Shown here: piece after piece, positions 1-8,327 of the stretch
Layout of the letters: the number at the start of each line of letters is the position of its first letter
How positions within the stretch are numbered: position 1 is the stretch's first letter
Sequence record: PV654397.1
Reading direction: 5' to 3' (one strand)
Length of the DNA: 64,000 nt
Notes under the pieces: model-generated
Told to the model about the DNA's origin: nothing
Seen by the model: the letters and a program-made list of their open reading frames with translations, nothing else
Databases searched by the model: none
Translations under genes and position numbers: made by a program

Positions 1-220
1 GCGATCCTTATACATCTATCGAGGAACTCTCTGTATGCTTATCGGAGTTCTTTATTGAGCCGTGTCGCCGTGAGGGGTTCAAACTATGCCCACATCTAAC
101 GGGTTTCTTCTGCTCATCGCACTGTTGAACTGCTCATCTGCCATCTACATTTTCGATAGGATCAGGTTCTAATTTATATGCATTTCTGCATTCAACAGGA
201 TTGTCATCACTACAATTAAC

Positions 221-248
221 ATTATAGCACCAAATTCAAAAGTGTCTC
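221..248 (-). promoter_or_regulatory. sigma70-like promoter with non-canonical -35 (GAGACA-N16-TATAAT, extended -10 GGTGCTATAAT)
   Basis: Minus strand reads GAGACA cttttgaatttggtgc TATAAT; same architecture as 4928-4955 and 54164-54191. Confidence 0.6.
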
Positions 249-304
249 ACTATTATGATAAAAAAATTATAAAAAGTACATAATTCTTGAACATTGAAGT
301 AACG

Positions 305-312
305 CATAAATA
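305..312 (+). promoter_or_regulatory. T4-type late promoter (CATAAATA)
   Basis: One mismatch to T4 TATAAATA, about 30 bp upstream of the endonuclease VII gene; gp55 is encoded in the window. Confidence 0.55.
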
Positions 313-342
313 TTTTGATAAGAATTAGTTTAGTGGGGATTT

Positions 343-834
343 ATGAAGAAAAGATTAAAAGATAGTAAAGAAGCTGCAAACTATCGAAATGAATTACTAA
401 AGAAGCAAAAAGGAATTGATCCTATAATTAAGGAACCAATTACTAAGCCAGTACTTGATCACTATCACTTCGAGAATCAACACTGTCGTGAAGTTCTCCA
501 GAACGAAGTGAACGCATGGGAAGGTAAAGTACAGAACAGCTTTAATCGCTATATGAAGCACTTAACCGATAAACCCTTATACGAGGTACTACGAAATCTT
601 GCGGATTATCTGGAGCGTAATAACAGCATTCCTGAAGATGAGCAAGTTATACATCACACTGCACTAACAATCGATACGAATAAGTTTAAAAGGCTCCCAG
701 CAGGACAACAGAATGCAATACTGGAAGAGTTAGGTGTTATCCCTGGTGCAAACAATGCTGCTCGTGTTAAGCAAGCCAGAAAGCTTATCAAGGAAGGCAA
801 ATTAAATATGGTAGATGTAAAAAAAGGGAGCTAA
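343..834 (+). CDS. 49: Recombination/packaging endonuclease VII (T4 gp49-like Holliday junction resolvase)
   Basis: Colinear with T4 EndoVII: VLDHYH (HLDHDH), VNAWEGK..SFNR (CNAAEGQ..KFNR), LRNLADYLE (LENLLTYLK), IHH, KFKRL; catalytic D/H/N/E kept, Zn cysteines absent. Confidence 0.8.
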   Translation: MKKRLKDSKEAANYRNELLKKQKGIDPIIKEPITKPVLDHYHFENQHCREVLQNEVNAWEGKVQNSFNRYMKHLTDKPLYEVLRNLADYLERNNSIPEDEQVIHHTALTIDTNKFKRLPAGQQNAILEELGVIPGANNAARVKQARKLIKEGKLNMVDVKKGS

Positions 835-850
835 GGCTCCCTTTCCTTTT
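821..850. terminator. Bidirectional intrinsic terminator
   Basis: GGGAGC-TAAG-GCTCCC with A-tract before and T-tract after, between convergent genes. Confidence 0.85.
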
Positions 851-852
851 AA

Positions 853-3000
853 TTAGAATACATCATCAAGAGTTGTATACTCAACAGTACTGAAACCATC
901 CTCTTTAACTACTTTTAGGATTTTCTCAGTCTTAGAAAGCAATTCTTCTCTGTGAGAAATGGCATATACATTCTTACCACGCACAGCAGCCATATCTTGG
1001 AAGATAGACCACACGCGAAGAACACCACTTGAATCAAGACCTTGGTCAATCATCTCATCAATGATAAGAATATTGATACTTTGATACAATGACTCATATG
1101 TATCACGGAAAGCACAAGATAAAGCAATGTTTACCCTTGTACGCTCACCACGACTAAGCTGTTTATAGTCAAAGTACTGACCACTTTTCTCAATTTCTAC
1201 ACTCAAATCATTCAAGAACACAACATTATGTTCAGAACCACACATATCAATGTAATATTGAAGACGTGTATTCAGATACGAAATGTTTTGTTCAATAATA
1301 CGCTTACGGACATAAGAATCCTTGTTTAACAACAATTTAACCAAGAAATCTTGGTGATTTGCCATCTTATCAAGGTTATTATAGTCACTATAGTCTATTG
1401 GTACTAATGAATCGGTCGTAAGTGTATTAATTTGTCCAATAAATGTGTTAGTAGTTTTCAATTCACGATCTAATTGCTGCGATAATGAAGTTACTGTCAT
1501 TTCTAACTCTTTTACTTCAGATTTATTCAATGTATCTGGTACTTCTTGAAGAACATGTGCGTTCAGTTCTTCATATGATGACATAAGTTCATTAGCATAG
1601 ATGTTAATTTGCTCTTCTTCACTCTTTTTAATAAGTTCTTGAAGCTTATGCTCATGCATTTGTGCTTCAGTTAGTGTAGAATAGAATGTCACAGGCTTAG
1701 GTGGCATATCAAAAATCTCAATACTATCAATTTCCTGAAGTATTGTTTCAATTTCAGAAGCGGAACTATCAATTTTCGATTGAAGTTCATTAATAGTATT
1801 TTGAATTTTATCTTTAATAGACGAAGTATGTTCATTATGTTCTAATTCGGACATACAAAGTGGACATTTACTACTCTCCACTGTTGCTAATTTGTCCACC
1901 TCAGCACGTAACGAACTCTCATGACCATTTAAAGCCACCTTTAATGCGTTAAGTTTTTGTTCTTTGAAACGTTTTTGGTTATTATTCTCTTTTAGAATAC
2001 CCTCCAACTGTTTCCATATCTCCAACTCATTGTGATTTTCTAATTCAGTACTGATATCAATAGTTTTTAGCTTATCAATACTTACATTTAATGCTAATTT
2101 TGCTGTTGCTAGTTCACGGTCATATGCATCATACTTCAAAGCTAACTCTTGCACACGTCTTTCTATTTGATCACGAGCAGCATTATGAATAAGAGCTTTC
2201 TCTTTCACTTCTGCCAAATCATAGAGATCGTTGAAGTCTAAAGTTTTGTAGATATTCAATTCTTCAGTCAACTTAGATACTCTATTATTTTTATCAATCT
2301 CAAATTGGTTAGCTTGTTCTTGTAATGATTCAATACTTTTTTGAATACGTTCATTACTTGCAGCCACAGTTTCATTTTTGAACTTTTCTTGTTCAGCTAA
2401 ACGTTTAGAATCTTTATACATATCCTTTAATAGTTCAGCTTTCTCTGTTAATTGTGTGATACCCAGAAGTTCCTCAATCATATCACGTTGTTTCTGTGAT
2501 GATAATGCAAGAAACGGCTCTACGTTAGCATTAAGTACTACAATATGTTCAAATAGTAGTTGAGAAATCCCAAGAATCTCGTTTAGATCTTCTTGTGTAT
2601 CTTTCTTCTCCCCTCTTGACTCATCTTCGACCTTATTATCTTTACCTAATGTAATAAAGTTGAAATACGTGGGACTTCTCCCACGCTCGACGAGATATTG
2701 TACACCATCTTTCTCGAATTCAACAGATACTTCACAGTTTTTAGCATTAGTTTTATTAACTAAGTTTGGAATTTTGATATCGTTACCAATACTTTTACCA
2801 AACAAACCAAAAACTAAACCTTGAATGATGGCACTTTTACCAACACCATTACGGCGACCGGAACTATCACCACCTTCAATAACTGCATCATTGTTTTGAC
2901 CAAGAACTAACGATATATCAGCACCAGACAAATCAATTACTTGTGGTGCATTGCCAAATGAAAAGAAGTTCCTCATTGATATACGTGTAATGTTTAGCAC
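853..3000 (-). CDS. 46: Rad50/SbcC-like recombination ATPase (T4 gp46-like)
   Basis: Walker A NGVGKS, long coiled coil, CPLC zinc hook, LSRGE signature, LIIDE Walker B; GTG start. Confidence 0.93.
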   Translation of the reverse strand: MLNITRISMRNFFSFGNAPQVIDLSGADISLVLGQNNDAVIEGGDSSGRRNGVGKSAIIQGLVFGLFGKSIGNDIKIPNLVNKTNAKNCEVSVEFEKDGVQYLVERGRSPTYFNFITLGKDNKVEDESRGEKKDTQEDLNEILGISQLLFEHIVVLNANVEPFLALSSQKQRDMIEELLGITQLTEKAELLKDMYKDSKRLAEQEKFKNETVAASNERIQKSIESLQEQANQFEIDKNNRVSKLTEELNIYKTLDFNDLYDLAEVKEKALIHNAARDQIERRVQELALKYDAYDRELATAKLALNVSIDKLKTIDISTELENHNELEIWKQLEGILKENNNQKRFKEQKLNALKVALNGHESSLRAEVDKLATVESSKCPLCMSELEHNEHTSSIKDKIQNTINELQSKIDSSASEIETILQEIDSIEIFDMPPKPVTFYSTLTEAQMHEHKLQELIKKSEEEQINIYANELMSSYEELNAHVLQEVPDTLNKSEVKELEMTVTSLSQQLDRELKTTNTFIGQINTLTTDSLVPIDYSDYNNLDKMANHQDFLVKLLLNKDSYVRKRIIEQNISYLNTRLQYYIDMCGSEHNVVFLNDLSVEIEKSGQYFDYKQLSRGERTRVNIALSCAFRDTYESLYQSINILIIDEMIDQGLDSSGVLRVWSIFQDMAAVRGKNVYAISHREELLSKTEKILKVVKEDGFSTVEYTTLDDVF

Positions 3001-3012
3001 AATAAATTTCCC

Positions 3013-4044
3013 TTATAGTGATCTGTAAATTTGGATTAGAAGATTTTTATCGAACATAGGTGAATCAATTTCCATGATTTGTTGTAACACAATCTCATCA
3101 ACTGACTCAGTACTTTCAAAGCTTTCACCATCTTCAATAAGTTCTTTGATACTTTGCTTGCTAGTAACAACGTTAAACTCACGAATGTTATAAAGTTTAG
3201 TAAAAGTATCACGAATAAAACTAATCTCATCAGTAGTGATAGCAATATCAACTTGAACCTTTGAAATAGTATTGTCTTGAAGATAGTAACTTGGATCTGT
3301 TAATAGTTCTGAAAGTGTAAATGTTCTATATTTTGGTGCTTCTGACCAAGAATGGAAAGTTGGTTCTTTACCATGTTCTAAAATCATCACACCTCTTGCA
3401 TCATCCCATGTATCAGAAAAGTTATGTGGGAAACAGTTACCTGTGTAAATTACACGAGTTCCTTTAGATGTTGTTTTTGCTTGTCTCTTGTGGAAATGCC
3501 CACTAAAAACATACTCACAACCACCAAAAGAACCTTCAGTCTCTTTACCATGATCTGGCATCTCAACCATTTTATTGAGCAAGTATCCAGGTAACTCTAA
3601 GTGACCAAAAACATACTTACTTTTAAGTTGAGGTAGAACTTTGTATTCATCTTCAATCATAAATGGAATGAAAGTACAATCATCAAATGTTGTGATTTCA
3701 TTAATGAACTCGATGTTCTCATAAACTTGTGCCATATTAATACTAGTAATGTCACGTTTATTTTTATGATACATGTCATGGTTCCCAACTAAGAAGTAAA
3801 CCTTATCAAAGTTGTCATTTAGTAATTGTAGAATTTGTAAACCATAGTTTAATGTTTGAATGTTAATATTACTGCGGTTATGGAAGTAATCTCCCATAAA
3901 CACGCATACAGTAATACCATTTTTCTTAGCAAGTTCAATCATAAACTTGATGAAGTTCAAACAATCTTCGTTGTGCTGCTTGCTGTTATTCTTTAATCCT
4001 AAATGAATATCAGTAAATGTAATTGCTTTATCAAATAGAGCCAT
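3013..4044 (-). CDS. 47: Mre11/SbcD-like nuclease (T4 gp47-like)
   Basis: DIHLG, GDYFH, GNHD, GHFH metallophosphoesterase motifs; start set at ATG 4044 after AAGGA SD; adjacent to gp46. Confidence 0.92.
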   Translation of the reverse strand: MALFDKAITFTDIHLGLKNNSKQHNEDCLNFIKFMIELAKKNGITVCVFMGDYFHNRSNINIQTLNYGLQILQLLNDNFDKVYFLVGNHDMYHKNKRDITSINMAQVYENIEFINEITTFDDCTFIPFMIEDEYKVLPQLKSKYVFGHLELPGYLLNKMVEMPDHGKETEGSFGGCEYVFSGHFHKRQAKTTSKGTRVIYTGNCFPHNFSDTWDDARGVMILEHGKEPTFHSWSEAPKYRTFTLSELLTDPSYYLQDNTISKVQVDIAITTDEISFIRDTFTKLYNIREFNVVTSKQSIKELIEDGESFESTESVDEIVLQQIMEIDSPMFDKNLLIQIYRSL

Positions 4045-4870
4045 CTTCGTTTTTCCTTTCAATCATGTTCATTTCAATTTCGATTTGACGAGTGTGTGAT
4101 GGTGTAAAACCATGCATCTCAAGTAAATCGTCTCGGATGTTACGAACATTTTTCTCACTATTAAGAATCGAACGGAAACTATTGTTAACGAACGAAGTAT
4201 AGTAAGAGAAAGGATTCAACTGTACTGCTGGTTTATCTTTTTTGTAAAGAATACTCTCTTTAAAGAGAAGTGCGTTTTTAACTAATTGTATTCTGGCATC
4301 ACCCATCATTTCATCCAAATATGTATAGTTTCTATAGTTGGATTTGTGTGAGATTTCCTCTGCCAGTTTAATGAACATTTTACCTAGTTCATTAGTGATT
4401 TTACCATGAACAGTACTGAATTCTCCGTCTTCAAGATCACCTTTCCAGTGAGAACGAACGACTTCGTACAGAATACCTTCTTCATCTACAATGTAATGTT
4501 TGAATGGTTCAAAATTAACTCTTGTATCTGCTGGGATATGTTCATCGGTAATTACACGAATAACCACCTCATCGATAGGTACATCAGTCAGTACTAAATT
4601 GTGCTCATCTGCGTATTCCTTCGCTTTCTTCGCACTCATACCTTCTTTTTCACGAATTGCATCAAGCATTTCATTGTTGAGACGTTTAATACGTGCTGCT
4701 TTAGCTTTATCTAAAAGTTCTGCTGTAATTTCGGATTCATCAAAAACGATATAATCGTACATACTGTAGCACTTATCAAGTAACCAGCAATATGAGATTT
4801 TACTTTTTTGTATCTCACGAAGTAAATCAGCATTGTTAAGATACTTTTTACGCTTCGGCCTATTTGTCAT
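4031..4870 (-). CDS. 55: Late-transcription sigma factor (T4 gp55-like) with a large insertion
   Basis: KYLNNADLLREI (YVNNKELLQAI), ELGKMFIKLAEEISHKSNYRNYT ([23 protein letters not shown]), EMMGDA, NPFSYYT..NNSF; T4 synteny 55-47-46; start ATG 4870 after GGAG. Confidence 0.85.
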   Translation of the reverse strand: MTNRPKRKKYLNNADLLREIQKSKISYCWLLDKCYSMYDYIVFDESEITAELLDKAKAARIKRLNNEMLDAIREKEGMSAKKAKEYADEHNLVLTDVPIDEVVIRVITDEHIPADTRVNFEPFKHYIVDEEGILYEVVRSHWKGDLEDGEFSTVHGKITNELGKMFIKLAEEISHKSNYRNYTYLDEMMGDARIQLVKNALLFKESILYKKDKPAVQLNPFSYYTSFVNNSFRSILNSEKNVRNIRDDLLEMHGFTPSHTRQIEIEMNMIERKNEDGSI

Positions 4871-4927
4871 TATTTCAACTCTCCATGTTTTAAATCCAAT
4901 AGGTACATTCCTTGTACCATCAATGTT

Positions 4928-4955
4928 ATTATAGCACCAAAAACGTCTTTGTCCC
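4928..4955 (-). promoter_or_regulatory. Promoter of the gp55-47-46 operon (GGGACA-N16-TATAAT)
   Basis: Minus strand GGGACA aagacgtttttggtgc TATAAT, about 58 bp upstream of the gp55 start. Confidence 0.65.
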
Positions 4956-4958
4956 ACG

Positions 4959-4966
4959 TATAAATA
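4959..4966 (+). promoter_or_regulatory. T4-type late promoter TATAAATA for the baseplate operon
   Basis: Exact T4 late consensus about 35 bp upstream of ATG 5002. Confidence 0.75.
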
Positions 4967-5001
4967 CATCAAATGTTCCCTTCTTATGGAGAATCAAAAA
5001 G

Positions 5002-5733
5002 ATGATTGATCGTAGAATCCGATTAAGACCTAAAACCGCAGGTGCTAACTATGTGTATGGTGATTTTGGCAACAGTTCAGAACCAACATTGCTATCGTTT
5101 CTGCGTCCAACAAATGGTTTGGTTTGGACTGTAACCCCAACTGTAACTGAACAAAGGTCGGTTCAATATGAAACACAGTCCCCTATACATACTAACAGTA
5201 ACTACAACAACTACAAGAATACAACAAACACAATTTTCACTATCCAAGGTGAGTTTTATGCAAACACTGCTGCTGAAGCAATGTATGCATTGGCTTGTGT
5301 TCATTTTATTCGTTCCGTGTCCTTAATGGACTTTGGTCGTCAAGCAGCATCTGCTAATAATCCCGAACTAGCAATTGCAGGTGCACCACCGCCAATTTTA
5401 CTATTAAGTGGGTATGGTCGTTATACATATAATGATATTCCTGTTATTTTGAAAGCATATAATTTTACATATCCAAATGATGTTTCTTACATTCAGGTTC
5501 CATTGAATAGTAGTGATAGTACTTTTAATTTATCTGATATGGATAGTCGTAAATTCTTCGAACAGCTTAGAAGTACTGGATATATGAATCCACAAGATGA
5601 GGTATGGGTTCCACAGAAAATATCGGTAACACTTCAACTTGAAGAACAACCAACATCTGATTACATGACTAAAAAGTTCAACCTAAATGCATTTAAGCGT
5701 GGTGAACTATTACGTAATGGAGGATTTATCTAA
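5002..5733 (+). CDS. Baseplate tube-fold protein (gp48/gp54/CIS-tube-like)
   Basis: GAPPPILLLSGYG..NDIPVIL..YNFTYP resembles CIS tube proteins; first gene of the baseplate operon; start reassigned to ATG 5002 after GGAG. Confidence 0.5.
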   Translation: MIDRRIRLRPKTAGANYVYGDFGNSSEPTLLSFLRPTNGLVWTVTPTVTEQRSVQYETQSPIHTNSNYNNYKNTTNTIFTIQGEFYANTAAEAMYALACVHFIRSVSLMDFGRQAASANNPELAIAGAPPPILLLSGYGRYTYNDIPVILKAYNFTYPNDVSYIQVPLNSSDSTFNLSDMDSRKFFEQLRSTGYMNPQDEVWVPQKISVTLQLEEQPTSDYMTKKFNLNAFKRGELLRNGGFI

Positions 5734-6047
5734 TGTCCAATTATAGTCAATACTCTCCTTATGCAAAGGTTAAACAAACGTGGTATCTTGGTTACAATTT
5801 ACCACGTGATATGGTTCCTGCTGATACTGACGACTTCTATGTAATTCCATTGAAGTATGAGCATCAACCTTGGCGTTTAGCATACGAAATGTATGGTAAT
5901 GAACGTCTGTATTATGTATTTGCCCTATTGAATCCTGATATATTAGGAGAAGACCCAATATACAATTTTAATAGTGGTATCACAATTCGTGTTCCCTCAA
6001 ATCAACGAGTGCAAAACTATTTGAACGGTACTCGTAACATAGGTTAA
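5733..6047 (+). CDS. LysM-like baseplate wedge protein (gp53/tail X-like)
   Basis: YVIP..Y...PWRLAYEMYGNERLYYVFALLNP..DPIYNF..GITIRVP; stop/start overlap with the previous gene. Confidence 0.7.
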   Translation: MSNYSQYSPYAKVKQTWYLGYNLPRDMVPADTDDFYVIPLKYEHQPWRLAYEMYGNERLYYVFALLNPDILGEDPIYNFNSGITIRVPSNQRVQNYLNGTRNIG

Positions 6048-6058
6048 TGGAGTAAAGT

Positions 6059-8314
6059 ATGGCAGATTTACAAAGTTCTGTTGATAATTTTAAAAATGAT
6101 ATTTCAAACATCACAAGTTCTGCAAAGGCAGCAAAAGAAACTGCAACAAGTACTATTGAAAGCTTAAAAGCAACTGCTAATACTTTGCAAAATGATCTTG
6201 AAAAAGTAAAAAACAATTTTAAAGCTAAGGTTAGTAACGTACAGTCTTTACCAAAGCAAAGTGCAAGCGTTGACCAAGTGTATGAAGACTTGGATCTAAG
6301 TGAGTTTGTTATTCCTTATGACAATAAATTGTTAAAGTATGACAATCCAACTTGGCACTTTTCCCTTTTCGCATTAGACAAGGATGATTTCAAAAACTTC
6401 TGGCTTTACCCAGATGCTGAAGTTCAACGTCATGTCATCTCTGAAAGTGGTGTAACTGGAAAGTATAATATCACAAGTGTTCAGATGACGCAAGCTGGTC
6501 CTTCAACTCCAGGGATGACAACCAACTATTGCTTCAACACAGCAGTACTGAACCTTTCAGAAAACAATAGTATGAGTTTATATGATGAACTAATTTCTTT
6601 AAGTAATAAACTAAGGTATCATAAGTTCATGGACTTACCTTTAATATTAGAATTGAAATTTATTGGATTCAATACTAATGGTGTACCTGAAACTATACCA
6701 GAAACAACTCGTAAATGGTCCGTGAAGATTAACAGTGTTACCGCTAGTGCATCACAAAGTGGTAGTACTATGATGTATTCTATGAGTCTTGTTCATAACC
6801 GCACGGCTCTAGTGGATAACGTTGAATGGACTCTTAAAGAACCATTTAACTGCACAGCAGAAAACTTTGGTGATTTTTGTTTTGATTTGGAAGATAAATT
6901 GAATCAAATGGCAGACCAACAATATGGTTATTTGCGTTATAAATTTGGTGAGTTAGCAGAAGGGAAGTTCTTTGAATTTAAAGTTGCACCAGATTTACAG
7001 GATTTGTTTATAAACTATGATTCTAAACAGATGGCAGAAGCTGGAGCTACAAAAAGTGGTGCACAGGGTTCTAAAAACTTTTCATGGAATCCAAGTACTC
7101 CAATTTCTCGAATTATCGATGACGTAATAGATACCTGTACTGTACAGGCTGATGATAGTACTAGTGTTCGTCAATTTGTTAATATAATCCCACTTAAACA
7201 GTATGTTGGATTTGATAATTACCGAAACACGTCAGTTTATAAAGTTGTTTTCTATATAGTTCGTTTTAAAATTGGTGATATTGTTCATGAATCCGATTTA
7301 CAGCCAGAAAACTTTACATTTGAGTATTTCTTTGAAAATGCCGAGAAATATGTAGACCCAAATGACCAAAAACCAAAGATTAACATGAAAACTTACAATT
7401 ATCAGTTTAGTGGACTCAATAGTGAGATTCTAGACCTTGATTTGAAGTTTGACCAGCAATTCTTTGTGGCTACAACTCGTAACCCTGGACCAATACAGGA
7501 TGTTGCTAACCACGCTGGTACTCATACCTCCCAAGAATTGAATATACAAGGGGTTCAGTACAACAGTATACCAGATGCATGGGCAAAAACAAGTGATTTA
7601 CGCGTTACACGTGATCTTGGTGGTATGTTAACACAGGCCCAGGAACAACTACTCAATCAAGTTGAAACTTTAGCAAAAGAACAAATGCAAGTTGGTAATG
7701 CTGAAGAACAGGATCGTTATAATAACTATCAAGTAAACGTTCTACCACAGTATATTGAAGATTATGTAACCACATATGAAGAAAATGACGGTGGAACCGA
7801 TGGAATTGGTCATCGATATGGTGAAGTGTTCACAATGCCAACTGAAGCAACCAATAATGAAACAACATTATCTGCATCATTGAACGATAACAGTAGTACA
7901 TATGAAATGGACCGCCGTAAAATTCGTGACAACTATTACAATCGTCCATTCTTGTGTAAATTGGATATGCGTGTAGTTGGTGACCCATATTGGTTAGGTT
8001 GGAGTGATTATCCATATATCCAATATCTTGAACAGGTAATTAATGGAGAAGATATGGAAATTAATCCAGAAGATTACCATGTAGCAAACTACATTACATC
8101 TGAAGCATATCTTTTATTGAAATTACAACCTGTAGTTTCTATAAATGATAACACTGGTGTTCTTGATATTAATACCCCAACTACATTTAACCAAACTGTT
8201 TATCGTGTAAACAAAATTGTTCATGATTTTGGTGCAGGTGGTTCATTTACACAACAAATTCAGGCTGCAATTGTAATTCGTGCACTCAAACGTCACGATA
8301 GTATAATTGAATAA
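6059..8314 (+). CDS. Baseplate hub protein (gp27/gpD-like)
   Basis: Lies between LysM and spike genes; C-terminal VVGDPYWLG and YRVNKIVHDFG..GSFTQQI; N-terminal coiled coil. Confidence 0.55.
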   Translation: MADLQSSVDNFKNDISNITSSAKAAKETATSTIESLKATANTLQNDLEKVKNNFKAKVSNVQSLPKQSASVDQVYEDLDLSEFVIPYDNKLLKYDNPTWHFSLFALDKDDFKNFWLYPDAEVQRHVISESGVTGKYNITSVQMTQAGPSTPGMTTNYCFNTAVLNLSENNSMSLYDELISLSNKLRYHKFMDLPLILELKFIGFNTNGVPETIPETTRKWSVKINSVTASASQSGSTMMYSMSLVHNRTALVDNVEWTLKEPFNCTAENFGDFCFDLEDKLNQMADQQYGYLRYKFGELAEGKFFEFKVAPDLQDLFINYDSKQMAEAGATKSGAQGSKNFSWNPSTPISRIIDDVIDTCTVQADDSTSVRQFVNIIPLKQYVGFDNYRNTSVYKVVFYIVRFKIGDIVHESDLQPENFTFEYFFENAEKYVDPNDQKPKINMKTYNYQFSGLNSEILDLDLKFDQQFFVATTRNPGPIQDVANHAGTHTSQELNIQGVQYNSIPDAWAKTSDLRVTRDLGGMLTQAQEQLLNQVETLAKEQMQVGNAEEQDRYNNYQVNVLPQYIEDYVTTYEENDGGTDGIGHRYGEVFTMPTEATNNETTLSASLNDNSSTYEMDRRKIRDNYYNRPFLCKLDMRVVGDPYWLGWSDYPYIQYLEQVINGEDMEINPEDYHVANYITSEAYLLLKLQPVVSINDNTGVLDINTPTTFNQTVYRVNKIVHDFGAGGSFTQQIQAAIVIRALKRHDSIIE

Positions 8315-8327
8315 GGAATAATTTAAG

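Noticed and set aside
76-83. tRNA T-loop-like GGTTCAAA
   Set aside because: No flanking T stem or cloverleaf could be built
100-145. Hammerhead-like GATGAG...GAAA on the minus strand
   Set aside because: The core CUGANGA is not matched (CAGAUGA/GCGAUGA) and the three stems cannot be formed
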